Positions 1-9,306 of a stretch of DNA of 64,000 nt are shown here, in pieces. The notes under the pieces were generated by a model. The model did no database searches and was not told the origin of the DNA. It saw only the letters and a program-made list of their open reading frames with translations. The stretch comes from Deltaproteobacteria bacterium (GTDB lineage: Bacteria > Myxococcota > Kuafuiibacteriia > Kuafuiibacteriales > Kuafuiibacteriaceae). The stretch is from NCBI GenBank assembly GCA_040218735.1, contig JAVJQW010000023.1, forward strand, positions 352,001 to 416,000, in the 5' to 3' direction. The position numbers and the translations under genes were made by a program. How positions within the stretch are numbered: the stretch's first letter is position 1; every line of letters begins with the position of its first letter.

Positions 1-192
1 TCGGATCAGCTGGGCGATCTCGGCGTCGGACGCGCCCTCGGGCGGGTTGAAGGGGAGCGTCTTCACCACCGGCGCTTTCTCGCGCGGGTCGGACTTGTTC
101 ATGACGTGGAGCCCGGAGAGCGACGACACCAGGAGCGCCACGAGGATCACGAGGCCCGAGTAGATGTGCAGTGTTCGGATGAGTGTGACCAT
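1..192 (-). CDS. PepSY-associated TM-helix-like membrane protein (partial, runs off window start)
   Basis: Hand translation MVTLIRTLHIYSGLVILVALLVSSLSGLHVMN matches the R.lH.y.Gl...sGl pattern of PepSY_TM helices; its ATG overlaps the asnB TGA. Confidence 0.6.
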   Translation of the reverse strand, partial: MVTLIRTLHIYSGLVILVALLVSSLSGLHVMNKSDPREKAPVVKTLPFNPPEGASDAEIAQLIR

Positions 193-2105
193 CAGCGGTT
201 GTCCACGAACTCTCTGAACCAGAGCTCGAGCGTGAGCACCGCAAATATCTGCTTCACGATCAAGAACTCCTTTGCGTCCATGCGAGCCCTCAGGGTTCGG
301 ATGAATTCGGGGCGGAACAACCCGCGGCGACGGATCGCTTCGTCGCTGAGGCAGTCGTCGAACATCTGCTGGAACGCCGCCTGCTGGAAGTACTTCTCCA
401 CCGGCACGTAGAACGGCATCTTGCGGCGCTTCGCGACGGCCGGCAGCTCGAGCTCCTTCGCCAACCTGCGCAGCGCCCACTTCCCTTCCAACCCGCGCAT
501 CTTGAGGTGCGTCGGGAGCCGGCGGCAGAGATCGATCAGCCGGTGGTCGAGGAAGGGCACGCGCGCTTCGATCGCGTGCGCCATGCTCATCTTGTCGGTG
601 CGGAGGAGCATGTTGTCCGGCAGCCAGTGGTCGTAGGAGAGCCCGAGCATCCGCTCGAAGAACGGCTCCTTCAGGCTCACGTCGGAGATGCGTCGCGCCC
701 CGTCGAACGCCCCCGCCCGCTCGAGCGCGCCGTAGGTCGCGTCGCTGTAGAGGTCGCGCGACTCACGGGTGTCGAACAGCGACATCAAGTGGCGGTACGC
801 CGGGTCGAGCTGGTCGGGGTTCAAGAGGTCGAGGTAGTCGAGCGCCTTCTGTTTGCCGCGCTCCCCGAGGTACGCCGGGTACTGGAACGCCGTGTTCAGC
901 ACGGAGATCGGCGCGGCGTCGAGCAGCGGCCTCACGAGCCGTCGCTGCACGGCGCCCGGGACGAAGCGTCGGTACTGCTCCCCGAGCCACAGCACCTTGT
1001 GAAAGAGGTAACCGCCGAGCACCTCGTCGCCGCCCTCGCCGGTCAGCACCACCGTGACCTGCTTCTTCGCCTCGCGCGCGAGCTGGTACATCGGGATCGC
1101 GATCGGATCGCCGAGCGGTTCGTCGGCATGACGAACGATGTCGGGGAGCAACGCGACGTCTTCCGCTCGACACGCGATCTCGGTGTGGGCGCACCCGAGC
1201 TGCCGCGCGGTCTCCGCCGCCGCAGTGAGCTCGTCGTGTTCGTAGTCGAAGCCGACCGAAAACGTCTTCACCGCGCCCGAGCCCTCGCGCGCCATCAGCG
1301 CGACGATGGTGCTGGAGTCGACACCGCCCGACAGGTACGCGCCGAGCGGGACGTCGGCGACGAGACGTCGTCGCACCGCCGCGACGAGCTCGGACTCGAA
1401 TCGCTCGTACAGCTCCTCGGTGTCACCGCGGAGCGGAGCGGCGTCGGGGCGCGGCGACCAGTAGCGACGGATCTCGAAGCGGCCGTCCTCCCACGTGGCG
1501 AAGTGGCCGGCCGGGAGGCGACGAACCTCCTCGAAGATCGTCTTGTGACCGGGGACGTAGCGCAGCGCGAGGTAGTCGTGGATCGCGATCGGGTTGATGG
1601 AGAGCGAAACGTCCCGGTAGCGCAGGACGGCCTTCGTCTCGGAGCCGAACAGCAGGCGTCGACCGTGCTCGAGGTAGTAGAGCGGTTTGATCCCCACGCG
1701 ATCGCGAACGAGGAGGAGGCGCTTCCGCTGGGTGTCCCACAGCGCAAACGCAAACATTCCATTCAAACGATCGAGCGCCGACACCCCCTCGCGTTCGAGC
1801 AGGTGGAGGAGAACTTCGGTGTCCGACTGCGTTTCGAACGGGACACCCTCGGCCTCCAGCTCCTTGCGGAGCTCGCGGTAGTTGTAGATCTCGCCGTTGT
1901 AGACCAGCACGTAGCGCCGATCCGCGGAGTACACCGGCTGGTGCCCACCTTCGATGTCGATGACGGAGAGGCGGCGATGCCCGAGTCCGACGTCCGGGCC
2001 GCGGTGGTAACCCGAGTCGTCGGGGCCGCGGTGCGTGATGCTCTCGGTCATGCGCTCGAGGAGCGCCGCGTCCTCGAAGCCGACGAAGCCTGCGATGCCA
2101 CACAT
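192..2105 (-). CDS. asnB: Asparagine synthase (glutamine-hydrolysing), AsnB family amidotransferase
   Basis: N-terminal MCGIAG, HRGPD, NGEIYN, RDRVGIKPLY, LSGGVDSS, TGEGGDE, EARVPFLD motifs. Confidence 0.95.
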   Translation of the reverse strand: MCGIAGFVGFEDAALLERMTESITHRGPDDSGYHRGPDVGLGHRRLSVIDIEGGHQPVYSADRRYVLVYNGEIYNYRELRKELEAEGVPFETQSDTEVLLHLLEREGVSALDRLNGMFAFALWDTQRKRLLLVRDRVGIKPLYYLEHGRRLLFGSETKAVLRYRDVSLSINPIAIHDYLALRYVPGHKTIFEEVRRLPAGHFATWEDGRFEIRRYWSPRPDAAPLRGDTEELYERFESELVAAVRRRLVADVPLGAYLSGGVDSSTIVALMAREGSGAVKTFSVGFDYEHDELTAAAETARQLGCAHTEIACRAEDVALLPDIVRHADEPLGDPIAIPMYQLAREAKKQVTVVLTGEGGDEVLGGYLFHKVLWLGEQYRRFVPGAVQRRLVRPLLDAAPISVLNTAFQYPAYLGERGKQKALDYLDLLNPDQLDPAYRHLMSLFDTRESRDLYSDATYGALERAGAFDGARRISDVSLKEPFFERMLGLSYDHWLPDNMLLRTDKMSMAHAIEARVPFLDHRLIDLCRRLPTHLKMRGLEGKWALRRLAKELELPAVAKRRKMPFYVPVEKYFQQAAFQQMFDDCLSDEAIRRRGLFRPEFIRTLRARMDAKEFLIVKQIFAVLTLELWFREFVDNR

Positions 2106-2106
2106 G

Positions 2107-3540
2107 TCAGCTCGGCCCCTTCGGCGTCGGGATGTAACACGCACGAACGCCGCCGCCGCGCAGGGTTCCCGGGAACCACTCGAGCCGCTGACACTCCGCC
2201 TTCACGAAACTCATGAGATCGGCGTTCACGTGCTTGATGTAGTCCGGGAACATGTACAGGAGCCACACGCCGTCGTGCCCTTCGGCGCGTTCGAGGATCT
2301 GCTGCTTGGACCACACCTTGGGCCACGGTCGCCCGTAGTAGCCCTCGTACACGTTGTAGATGATCCCGACGGACGCCACCGTATCGCGCTCGGACTTGTT
2401 CTCCTCGACGTACGCCATCGCGCCTTCGAAGTCCTGCTTGGGCTTCAGGTAGTTGATCGGCACCGACGCCGCCGACGCGACGATCAACACGATCGCCAGC
2501 ACCTCGCCGAGGCGTGGTTTGTTCAGCAACCCACCGAGCCGGAATCCGCCGCGGAGAAAGATCAGGATCGCAAACGCCGCCACGCCGAAGAAGAACCGCG
2601 GGTACACGATGCCCCGACCGGTCATCACGCCGAGCCCGGTGATCACGACCGGCCCGATGAACAGACCAAGCGCGAGTGGGTTGGTCTCGAGGTAGTCGAA
2701 GAATCCCAGCGCTCCGAGCGCGCCCGCGATCAACACGACGACCCCACCGAGGATCGCGATGCCGCCGAACCCTTCCACGAGGCTCATCACCGTCTCGATG
2801 GCCGCCCACAAGGGCGTCGCGAGACCGACCGCTGGCGACGGTTTGTTCACGAAGAAGTCGATGACGTCGGTGAGCATCGGCGCGTGCAGCATCAGCGTCA
2901 CCACCGCTGCACCCGGGAACGCGAGGAGGGGCGCCACCCAACGACGCGCGGGGCGCACGTTACGTATCAAGTAGGGCGCGACGATCGCCGCGTGGCCGAC
3001 CGCCGTGAACACCATCGCGAGGTGCGCGTACGTCCCGAGGCCGCCGACGATCGCGTAGAGGACGAAGAACTTCGGCTGCGGATCGCGCAGACCACGGTGC
3101 ATCAGGTACGTGCACACGATGCTGGCAAGCATGATCGCGGTGTAGCCGCGCGCGTTCTGCGAGAACCAAACGTGGTGATACGAAACCGCGAGGAGCGCGG
3201 CGGAGAGGAAAGCCTCCCGCTTGGACGCGACCTCCGCGCCGAGCTGATAGAGCGCCGGTATGCACGCCGCGCCGAGGAGCGCCGCCCACACCCGAAGCGT
3301 CCACGGCGACTCGCCGAACACGTCCATCGTCGCGCGGGCGAGCAGGCTGTACAGCGGGTGTTGGTTGTTGCTGTAGAAGTGCGTGAACAGGTCTTCGAGC
3401 GGCTTGCGCACGTAGCGCACGAGGGAGAGGACCTCGTCGGTCCACAGCTGGCTGTCGAGCGCGATGAAACGCAAGACGAGTGCGACGAGCGTCAGCCCGA
3501 TCACCCACGATCGCGTCACGTTCCAGTCCCGGTCGTCCAA
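2107..3540 (-). CDS. GT-C fold membrane glycosyltransferase (GT39/PMT_2-like)
   Basis: LWTDE after first TM, HPLY, SQNARGY motifs, many TM helices. Confidence 0.85.
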   Translation of the reverse strand: MDDRDWNVTRSWVIGLTLVALVLRFIALDSQLWTDEVLSLVRYVRKPLEDLFTHFYSNNQHPLYSLLARATMDVFGESPWTLRVWAALLGAACIPALYQLGAEVASKREAFLSAALLAVSYHHVWFSQNARGYTAIMLASIVCTYLMHRGLRDPQPKFFVLYAIVGGLGTYAHLAMVFTAVGHAAIVAPYLIRNVRPARRWVAPLLAFPGAAVVTLMLHAPMLTDVIDFFVNKPSPAVGLATPLWAAIETVMSLVEGFGGIAILGGVVVLIAGALGALGFFDYLETNPLALGLFIGPVVITGLGVMTGRGIVYPRFFFGVAAFAILIFLRGGFRLGGLLNKPRLGEVLAIVLIVASAASVPINYLKPKQDFEGAMAYVEENKSERDTVASVGIIYNVYEGYYGRPWPKVWSKQQILERAEGHDGVWLLYMFPDYIKHVNADLMSFVKAECQRLEWFPGTLRGGGVRACYIPTPKGPS

Positions 3541-3615
3541 CGCTGCCCCGGACTACCGCCGTCCGGGGTTGGTGTCCAACCTGACCCGCGGGTGCGTTTC
3601 GAGTACCGTCGCGGC

Positions 3616-4482
3616 GTGCGTGTGGCCGCCTGCATTCTCGTGTCGATGACCGCCGCCTGCGTGCCCTCGCCGGAGGTGACCGGTGCGCTCGAATCGCTCG
3701 TCCGCGGGTCCCCGTCGACGGTCGACGGGTGGTACCGGTTCTCAGAGGGTCCGACCCGAGCTCGCGCCGGCGACGTGTACTTCTCGAACCTCCCGAGCCG
3801 GACGATCCACCGCTGGCACGTCGACGGACACGTCGAGACGGTGCGGGACGACGGCGAGATGACCAACGGGCTCGCGGTCGGCCCGGACGACGTGCTGTAC
3901 GTGTGTGAGCCCTACCTGCGCCGGGTCGTCGCGCTCGAGGGCGGCGAGACGCGGGTCGTCGCGGACCGGTACGACGGCAAGATCCTGAACAGCCCCAACG
4001 ACGTGTGGGTGCACCCGCGGGGGGTGTACTTCACCGACCCGCGCTACTCGAAGGACCGCGAGATGCAGCAGGACGGCGAGCACGTCTACTTCGTCGCGCA
4101 CGGCTCCTCGGACGTGGTGCGCGTGACCGACGATCTGGTGCGCCCCAACGGCGTCGTCGGCACGGCCGACGCGCTCTTCGTCGCCGACGACGGCGTCGGC
4201 AAGACCTACCGCTACGACATCGCCGCCGACGGGACGCTCTCGAACCGCGCGCTCGCCGCAAACGCCGGCGCCGACGGCCTGACCCTCGACGCGGACGGCC
4301 GCCTCTACGTGGTCGCGGAGGTGGTCGAAGTCTTCGAGGATGGCGAGCGCGTCGGGACGATCGACACGCCGTTCCGCCCGACCAACGTGACGTTCGGCGG
4401 CGCCGACGGACGGACGCTGTTCATCACCGGGAAGTGGGTGGTGAACACGATCGAGATGTCGGTGCGCGGCGCGGGGATTTAG
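3616..4482 (+). CDS. SMP-30/gluconolactonase/LRE family lipoprotein
   Basis: FSEGP, LNSPND, YFTDP, RPNG, ADGLTLD, PTNVTFGG motifs; lipobox TAAC; start reassigned from the over-extended 2035 ORF. Confidence 0.9.
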   Translation: MRVAACILVSMTAACVPSPEVTGALESLVRGSPSTVDGWYRFSEGPTRARAGDVYFSNLPSRTIHRWHVDGHVETVRDDGEMTNGLAVGPDDVLYVCEPYLRRVVALEGGETRVVADRYDGKILNSPNDVWVHPRGVYFTDPRYSKDREMQQDGEHVYFVAHGSSDVVRVTDDLVRPNGVVGTADALFVADDGVGKTYRYDIAADGTLSNRALAANAGADGLTLDADGRLYVVAEVVEVFEDGERVGTIDTPFRPTNVTFGGADGRTLFITGKWVVNTIEMSVRGAGI

Positions 4483-4490
4483 TCGCGCGG

Positions 4491-4660
4491 GCTTCAGCCT
4501 AGGCCCTTCACGGTCGTCCGCTCCGCGGACCACCTGGGCACAGGCTTCAGACCCGCCGCATTCGCGGCGGGCTTCAGCGTAGGCCATAACGCCGCTCCGC
4601 TTCGCGGACCGCCTTGGCACAGTCTTCGGACCGGCCGCATCCGCGACCGGCCTCAGCCTA
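4491..4660. repeat. 80-bp-period tandem REP/BIME-like palindromic repeat between convergent genes
   Basis: GCTTCAGCCTAGGCC at 4491, GCTTCAGCGTAGGCC at 4571, GCCTCAGCCTAG at 4650; each unit carries internal hairpins such as CCGCCGC-ATTC-GCGGCGG. Confidence 0.75.
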
Positions 4661-5722
4661 GAAACTACCGCTGCCGAAGTCGACGCCGACTGCGACGCAC
4701 CACACGCTGATGCCGTCGATCTCGTCGAGCGTTCGGCCTTCGGGGAGCGTGAGGGTTACCGAGTCCCCGGCGTAGCCGCCGCGGCGCACGAGGTCCGGGC
4801 TGATCGAGAAACCCGCGGCGTAGTTGCCGTCGCGAGCGGCGTAGACCTGCACGTCGATCCCCGCGCCGTCATAGTGGAAGTCGGTGAGCTCGATCGTGCA
4901 GTCGTCGACGATCGTCGCCGTCCCGCGTACGCCGTGGAAGAAGGTCTGGAGCCTCGCCGTCCGGCCCACGCTCGGGTGCGTCGCCGCGCAGCTGCGCCCC
5001 ATCTGCTCCGGCGTCTCCTCCTCGGGCGCCGGCTCAGGTGCGTCGGCGGTGGCGACGAACGCGGCGATGTCCCGCAGCTCGTCGTCGCTCAGTCGATCGA
5101 GTCCCCAGAACGGCATGCGCCCGCCGGTCAGGCCCTCGTAGACCTCGCTGTCGGGGAGCCCGCTCGTGCGAACGCGGCGCGCGATGTAGTCGACGTCCAG
5201 CGACAAACCGGTGATGCCGGGGGCGCGCACCGTGCCGCCGCCGTCCTGCCCGTGGCACGCAACGCAGGTTGCGTTGAACGTCGCGCGTCCCGCTTCCGGG
5301 TCGCCGCCCGTGACGTCGGCCGGAGGCTCGACGATCTGGATGGTCACCTCTTCGCCCACTCCGGCAGACTGCGCTTCGAGCCACGCCGACAGCGTCAGCC
5401 AGTCCTCGCTCGTTTCAGTATATGCGGGCGCGAGCATCCACTCTGTGACGCAGGTGTTGACCGCATCGCGGAGCGACGTGAGCTGGCCGTTTTTGTACGT
5501 GGAGCGATGAAATGCGTCGCCCAGCGCGTGGCCGACGCGGCGCACGCCGTCGGCGGCGGGCTCGGTGAGGGCGTGGCAGGTGCTGCACGTGAACGTGTTC
5601 CCGGCCGGGTTGGGCTCGGTGAAGATCGCTTCACCCGTGCGGGCGACCTCGATGGGCTCGGGTTCGGACGGGCCGCCGCATGCGACGAGGGTCACGCTGA
5701 CGAAGACGATTCGACGAAACAC
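4658..5722 (-). CDS. Di-heme c-type cytochrome lipoprotein with C-terminal DM13 domain
   Basis: Lipobox LVAC; CSTCH and CVACH heme motifs; C-terminal ISVWCVAVGVDFG typical of DM13. Confidence 0.8.
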   Translation of the reverse strand: MFRRIVFVSVTLVACGGPSEPEPIEVARTGEAIFTEPNPAGNTFTCSTCHALTEPAADGVRRVGHALGDAFHRSTYKNGQLTSLRDAVNTCVTEWMLAPAYTETSEDWLTLSAWLEAQSAGVGEEVTIQIVEPPADVTGGDPEAGRATFNATCVACHGQDGGGTVRAPGITGLSLDVDYIARRVRTSGLPDSEVYEGLTGGRMPFWGLDRLSDDELRDIAAFVATADAPEPAPEEETPEQMGRSCAATHPSVGRTARLQTFFHGVRGTATIVDDCTIELTDFHYDGAGIDVQVYAARDGNYAAGFSISPDLVRRGGYAGDSVTLTLPEGRTLDEIDGISVWCVAVGVDFGSGSF

Positions 5723-5771
5723 GTCAGCTCGTACGCGGTGCCCCGCGCGAGTGTTTCCGAAAAAGTTCGAT

Positions 5772-6599
5772 TCAACGCCCGTAGTACCCGAGCCACTCGC
5801 CGCCGCCCCGCGCGAGGAGCAGCAGGAGGAGCGGTGCGAGGCGACGAATGCGACGGACGTCACGCGGTCGCGCGCGGAGGATGCGCGAGAGCATCAGCGC
5901 CGGTACGGCGGGCGCCCCGAGGCGCCAGGTCCACCGCTCCTGCGGCGTGGCGAGCTCGGCGCGTTTTCTCGCGAACGTGCGGCCCAACGCGAAACGCTCG
6001 CGCATCGCTTCGAGCCACGCCACGTCGCGCCGAACGACGACGCGCGAGTCTGCGACCCACCGCAGCGGCCCCTCCCGCGCGGCGAGCGCGGCGTTCACCG
6101 CGGACTCCTGAAAGTGACGCCAATCCACGGAGAGGCGCTCGAGCGCGCTGCGCCGGTAGCCCGCGTTGTAGACGGAGAGCGACGATGCGATGCCGTCCGG
6201 GAGCGGGCTCGCGTAGCGGTACAGATCGATGATCGAGAACGCCCACTCGAAGTCGGAGACGTCGTCGGGCACGTCGATCGCACCGCCGACCGCCGCGGAG
6301 TGATCGAGCGCGCGCGACATGGCGTCGACCCAGCCGGGGTCCGGGACGCAGTAGTCCTTGGTGACGAGGACCTTCTCGGCGACCGTCTCGCGAATCGCGC
6401 GCGAGGCGAGCTCGAGGGGGGTGCGTTGCCCCTCGTTGCGAACGAAGCGAACGCCGGGGTGTCGCGACAGGTCGCCGTAGTCGATCGCGGGATCGTAGGT
6501 GACGACGACGTCGGCGCGCTGTGGGACGAGCGCCGCGAGGCAACGGTCGAGCGCAGCCGCTTCACCCATCCCGATGACGGCGACGCTCGGGCGGTTCAA
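5772..6599 (-). CDS. GT2-like glycosyltransferase (paralog 2)
   Basis: GT-A-like N-terminus, TKDYC and LSVYNAGYRR motifs; TTG start overlaps the upstream TGA. Confidence 0.75.
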   Translation of the reverse strand: MNRPSVAVIGMGEAAALDRCLAALVPQRADVVVTYDPAIDYGDLSRHPGVRFVRNEGQRTPLELASRAIRETVAEKVLVTKDYCVPDPGWVDAMSRALDHSAAVGGAIDVPDDVSDFEWAFSIIDLYRYASPLPDGIASSLSVYNAGYRRSALERLSVDWRHFQESAVNAALAAREGPLRWVADSRVVVRRDVAWLEAMRERFALGRTFARKRAELATPQERWTWRLGAPAVPALMLSRILRARPRDVRRIRRLAPLLLLLLARGGGEWLGYYGR

Positions 6600-7510
6600 G
6601 CGCCCTCCCGCTCCGGAGCGACGGAGAGGTCGTCGGGGCGAGTGCCGGTCCAGTAGCCGAGCCACTCCCCGAACGACCACGCGAAGACCATCAACGCGAG
6701 GGGGCCGATCGAACGGAGGAACTTCTCGCGGAGTTCGGGCGACTCGAAGGCCTTCGTCGTCATTCGCTTGAGTAGAACAGCCGGCAGAAGCGGCGAACCG
6801 AAGCGGTAGGTCCACTTCTGCCGGAGGTCCGCGAACTCCAGGCGCGAAGCACCGAACAACCGCCCGAACACGTAGCGCTCTCGGATCGCGTGCGGGAGGG
6901 TGACGTGACGTCGCATCGTCACGCGCGCGTCGTCTTCGAGGTGAAGCGGCCCGCCGATCCCCTTGAGCGCGTCGTGCACGACGGTCTCCAGGAACATCGA
7001 CTTCCACTCCACCGGGAGCTTCTCGAGGTCATCACGCCGGTAGGCCGCGTTGCACACCGTGAGGGTGGGGCTCGTCGCGATCTTCACGGGGCGCGCGTAG
7101 CGGAAGAAGTCGACGAAGTAGAACGCCCAGTCCGTCGGTCCCGCTTCGTCGCGGATCTCGATCGTCCCGCCCACCGCGCCGCACGGCTTCTGCAGCGCGA
7201 CCCACATCGCGTGGGCCCAGCCCGGGTCGGCGATGCAGTGGTCCTCGGTGAGCAGCACGTACTCACCCGTGGTCTCGCGGATCGCGCGACCCGCGAGCTG
7301 GAGCGGCGAGGTCTCGTTCGGATCGACGAACCACCGAACGTCGGGGAACTCTTCCGCGAGGGAGGCGACGTCGGCGAGGCGTGGGTCGTACGCGACGACG
7401 ATCTCGAGCGGCGGCACGTTCGTCTGCGCCATCAACGATTCGAGGCACCGTTTGACGTCCTTGCGGCTGCAGATGCCCACGAGGGCGACGGACAGCTCCG
7501 GTCGGGTCAT
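6596..7510 (-). CDS. GT2-like glycosyltransferase (paralog 1)
   Basis: LSVALV..RCLESL..Q..LEIVV, LTEDHC, LTVCNAAYRR motifs. Confidence 0.8.
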   Translation of the reverse strand: MTRPELSVALVGICSRKDVKRCLESLMAQTNVPPLEIVVAYDPRLADVASLAEEFPDVRWFVDPNETSPLQLAGRAIRETTGEYVLLTEDHCIADPGWAHAMWVALQKPCGAVGGTIEIRDEAGPTDWAFYFVDFFRYARPVKIATSPTLTVCNAAYRRDDLEKLPVEWKSMFLETVVHDALKGIGGPLHLEDDARVTMRRHVTLPHAIRERYVFGRLFGASRLEFADLRQKWTYRFGSPLLPAVLLKRMTTKAFESPELREKFLRSIGPLALMVFAWSFGEWLGYWTGTRPDDLSVAPEREGA

Positions 7511-8538
7511 GCGTCGGTCTCCTTGGGGGCCACGGGTCCACGCTTCAGACCCCCGACGAGCAGGAAACCTGCGGCGCCGGAGAGTGCCATGAGGATCAGC
7601 TGCACGGCGTGGAACGCGAGGGCCATGACCGCAGCGCCGTCCGGAGTGACGCCGAAGGGTTCGAGCCCAAGCTTGAAGCCCGCTTCGAGCGTTCCGGCGA
7701 ATGCGGGGCCGGCGGGGATCATGATCATGAACGCGCCGACACCCGTCGTGAAGTAACCCGACACGATCGGGAGCTCGGGGAGGTAACTCGTGAAGAGGAA
7801 CCACGCGAGCAACCCGGCCGACACCCAGTAGACGAGAGTGAGGCCGAGGAACGGGAGCAGGCGCGCGGGACTCTTCAGCACCATCGCGCCGTCGATGAAC
7901 GTATCGAGGAGGCCGACGACCGCTTCGGTGATCTTCGCGGAGATCGGCGTCCCGATCTTACGCACCAACGCGATCGCGGGGCGACGCGCGACGCACGCGA
8001 CGATCAGAAAGACAAACGCCCCGCCGAATACCGTCGGGGCGAGCCACATGACGGTGTCGAGCTTCGACAGCAGCGGACCGGGGGGGATCAAACTCAGCGC
8101 GACGAAGAAGAACGCGAGGTTCGCGATGCCGTCCGCGATCCGCTCGACCACCACACTCGCCATCGCCCCCGCGAACGGAGCGCCGGCCCGCGAGATGAGC
8201 ACGGGGCGAACGAACTCACCGAGGCGAAGCGGCAGGAAGAACGTCGCGGGGAAACCAAGCGCACCCGCCGCGGCGACGGCGCCGTTCGTCACGTTCCCGA
8301 GTGGCTTCACGAGGATGCCCCAGCGCGCAATGCGCAGGGCGTGCAAGACGATGTGACCGAGCAAGAAGAGGCCGATGACCGCGAAGTCACTCTCGGCGAG
8401 CTCGTGCGCGACCTTCGTGAGGTTGACGTCGTGCAGCGCCCACCACAGCGTCGCGATGGAGCCGGCGAGCGCGACCGTGCCCTGCACGACGAGCGACAGC
8501 GCGCTCCTCTTCTCGCGCGGCGGCGCGGCCTCCGTCAT
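7507..8538 (-). CDS. Lysylphosphatidylglycerol synthase TM / flippase-like protein
   Basis: LRIARW, LPLRLGEFVR, VVERIAD, PAGPAFAGTLE motifs; multi-TM. Confidence 0.85.
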   Translation of the reverse strand: MTEAAPPREKRSALSLVVQGTVALAGSIATLWWALHDVNLTKVAHELAESDFAVIGLFLLGHIVLHALRIARWGILVKPLGNVTNGAVAAAGALGFPATFFLPLRLGEFVRPVLISRAGAPFAGAMASVVVERIADGIANLAFFFVALSLIPPGPLLSKLDTVMWLAPTVFGGAFVFLIVACVARRPAIALVRKIGTPISAKITEAVVGLLDTFIDGAMVLKSPARLLPFLGLTLVYWVSAGLLAWFLFTSYLPELPIVSGYFTTGVGAFMIMIPAGPAFAGTLEAGFKLGLEPFGVTPDGAAVMALAFHAVQLILMALSGAAGFLLVGGLKRGPVAPKETDA

Positions 8539-8631
8539 CGGGCGCGTTCTACCAGGTCACGTGCCGAGGCGCCTCATCGACGACGACAAATCCGGGGACT
8601 TCCCGGGGGCGTTCGTGGAAGATGCGGTGCC

Positions 8632-9306
8632 GTGGACCCGCGAGTCGTCGCGCGCCTGGAGGCGCTCAACGCGGAGTTCTACGACCGCGTCGCGGCCGAT
8701 TTCTCGGCGACGCGGCAGTCCCCCTGGCCAGGCTGGCACCGTGTTCTGGAGCGCGCCGGGCCGGTCCGGTCGGTGCTCGACGTGGGCTGCGGCAACGGAC
8801 GCTTCGCGGCGCTGCTCCCGGACGACGTCGAGTACGTTGGGGTGGATCCGTGCGCCGCGCTCCTCGCGGAGGTGCCGCCCCACCACGAGACGCTCCTCGG
8901 TGGTTGGTCGGAGCGGCCGTGGGGCACGCGGACCTTCGATCTGGTGGTGGCGTTCGGTCTGACACACCACGTGGCTTCGGCCGCGCGGCGGCGAGCGCTG
9001 ATCTCGACGCTCCGCGCGGCGTCGCACGGTCGCGTCGCGGTGACGGCGTGGCGCTTCGATCCGGCGCGCGCCGTGGGTTGGGACGGCGTCCCCGCCGAGG
9101 CGCTGGAAGACGGTGACTACTTCCTCGGGTTCGGCCACGGCGACGCCGTGCGGTACTGCCACCTCGTGAGCGACGCGGAGCTCGAAGGGTGGTTCGACGA
9201 CGTGCTCGATGACTTCGTGAGTGACGGGCGCGACGGTGCGTCGAATCGCTACTGCGTCGGTTCGGGGGCGAGCTCGAGATCGAACGGATCGATCCGCCGC
9301 AGGTAG
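8632..9306 (+). CDS. Class I SAM-dependent methyltransferase (Trm9/AlkBH8-like)
   Basis: FYDRVAADFSATR..PW, VLDVGCGNGR motif I, RYCH. Confidence 0.85.
   Translation: MDPRVVARLEALNAEFYDRVAADFSATRQSPWPGWHRVLERAGPVRSVLDVGCGNGRFAALLPDDVEYVGVDPCAALLAEVPPHHETLLGGWSERPWGTRTFDLVVAFGLTHHVASAARRRALISTLRAASHGRVAVTAWRFDPARAVGWDGVPAEALEDGDYFLGFGHGDAVRYCHLVSDAELEGWFDDVLDDFVSDGRDGASNRYCVGSGASSRSNGSIRRR

Noticed and set aside
192-2105. AsnB as a lasso-peptide cyclase
   Set aside because: It has an intact N-terminal Cys glutaminase domain; no precursor, RRE or B2 peptidase lies nearby
2035-4482. 815-aa fusion ORF
   Set aside because: The first about 527 codons are the antisense shadow of the GT39 gene; only the lactonase part is real
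4491-4660. Possible CRISPR array
   Set aside because: The inter-repeat segments are similar to each other rather than unique spacers, there are only about 2 units, and no cas genes are present
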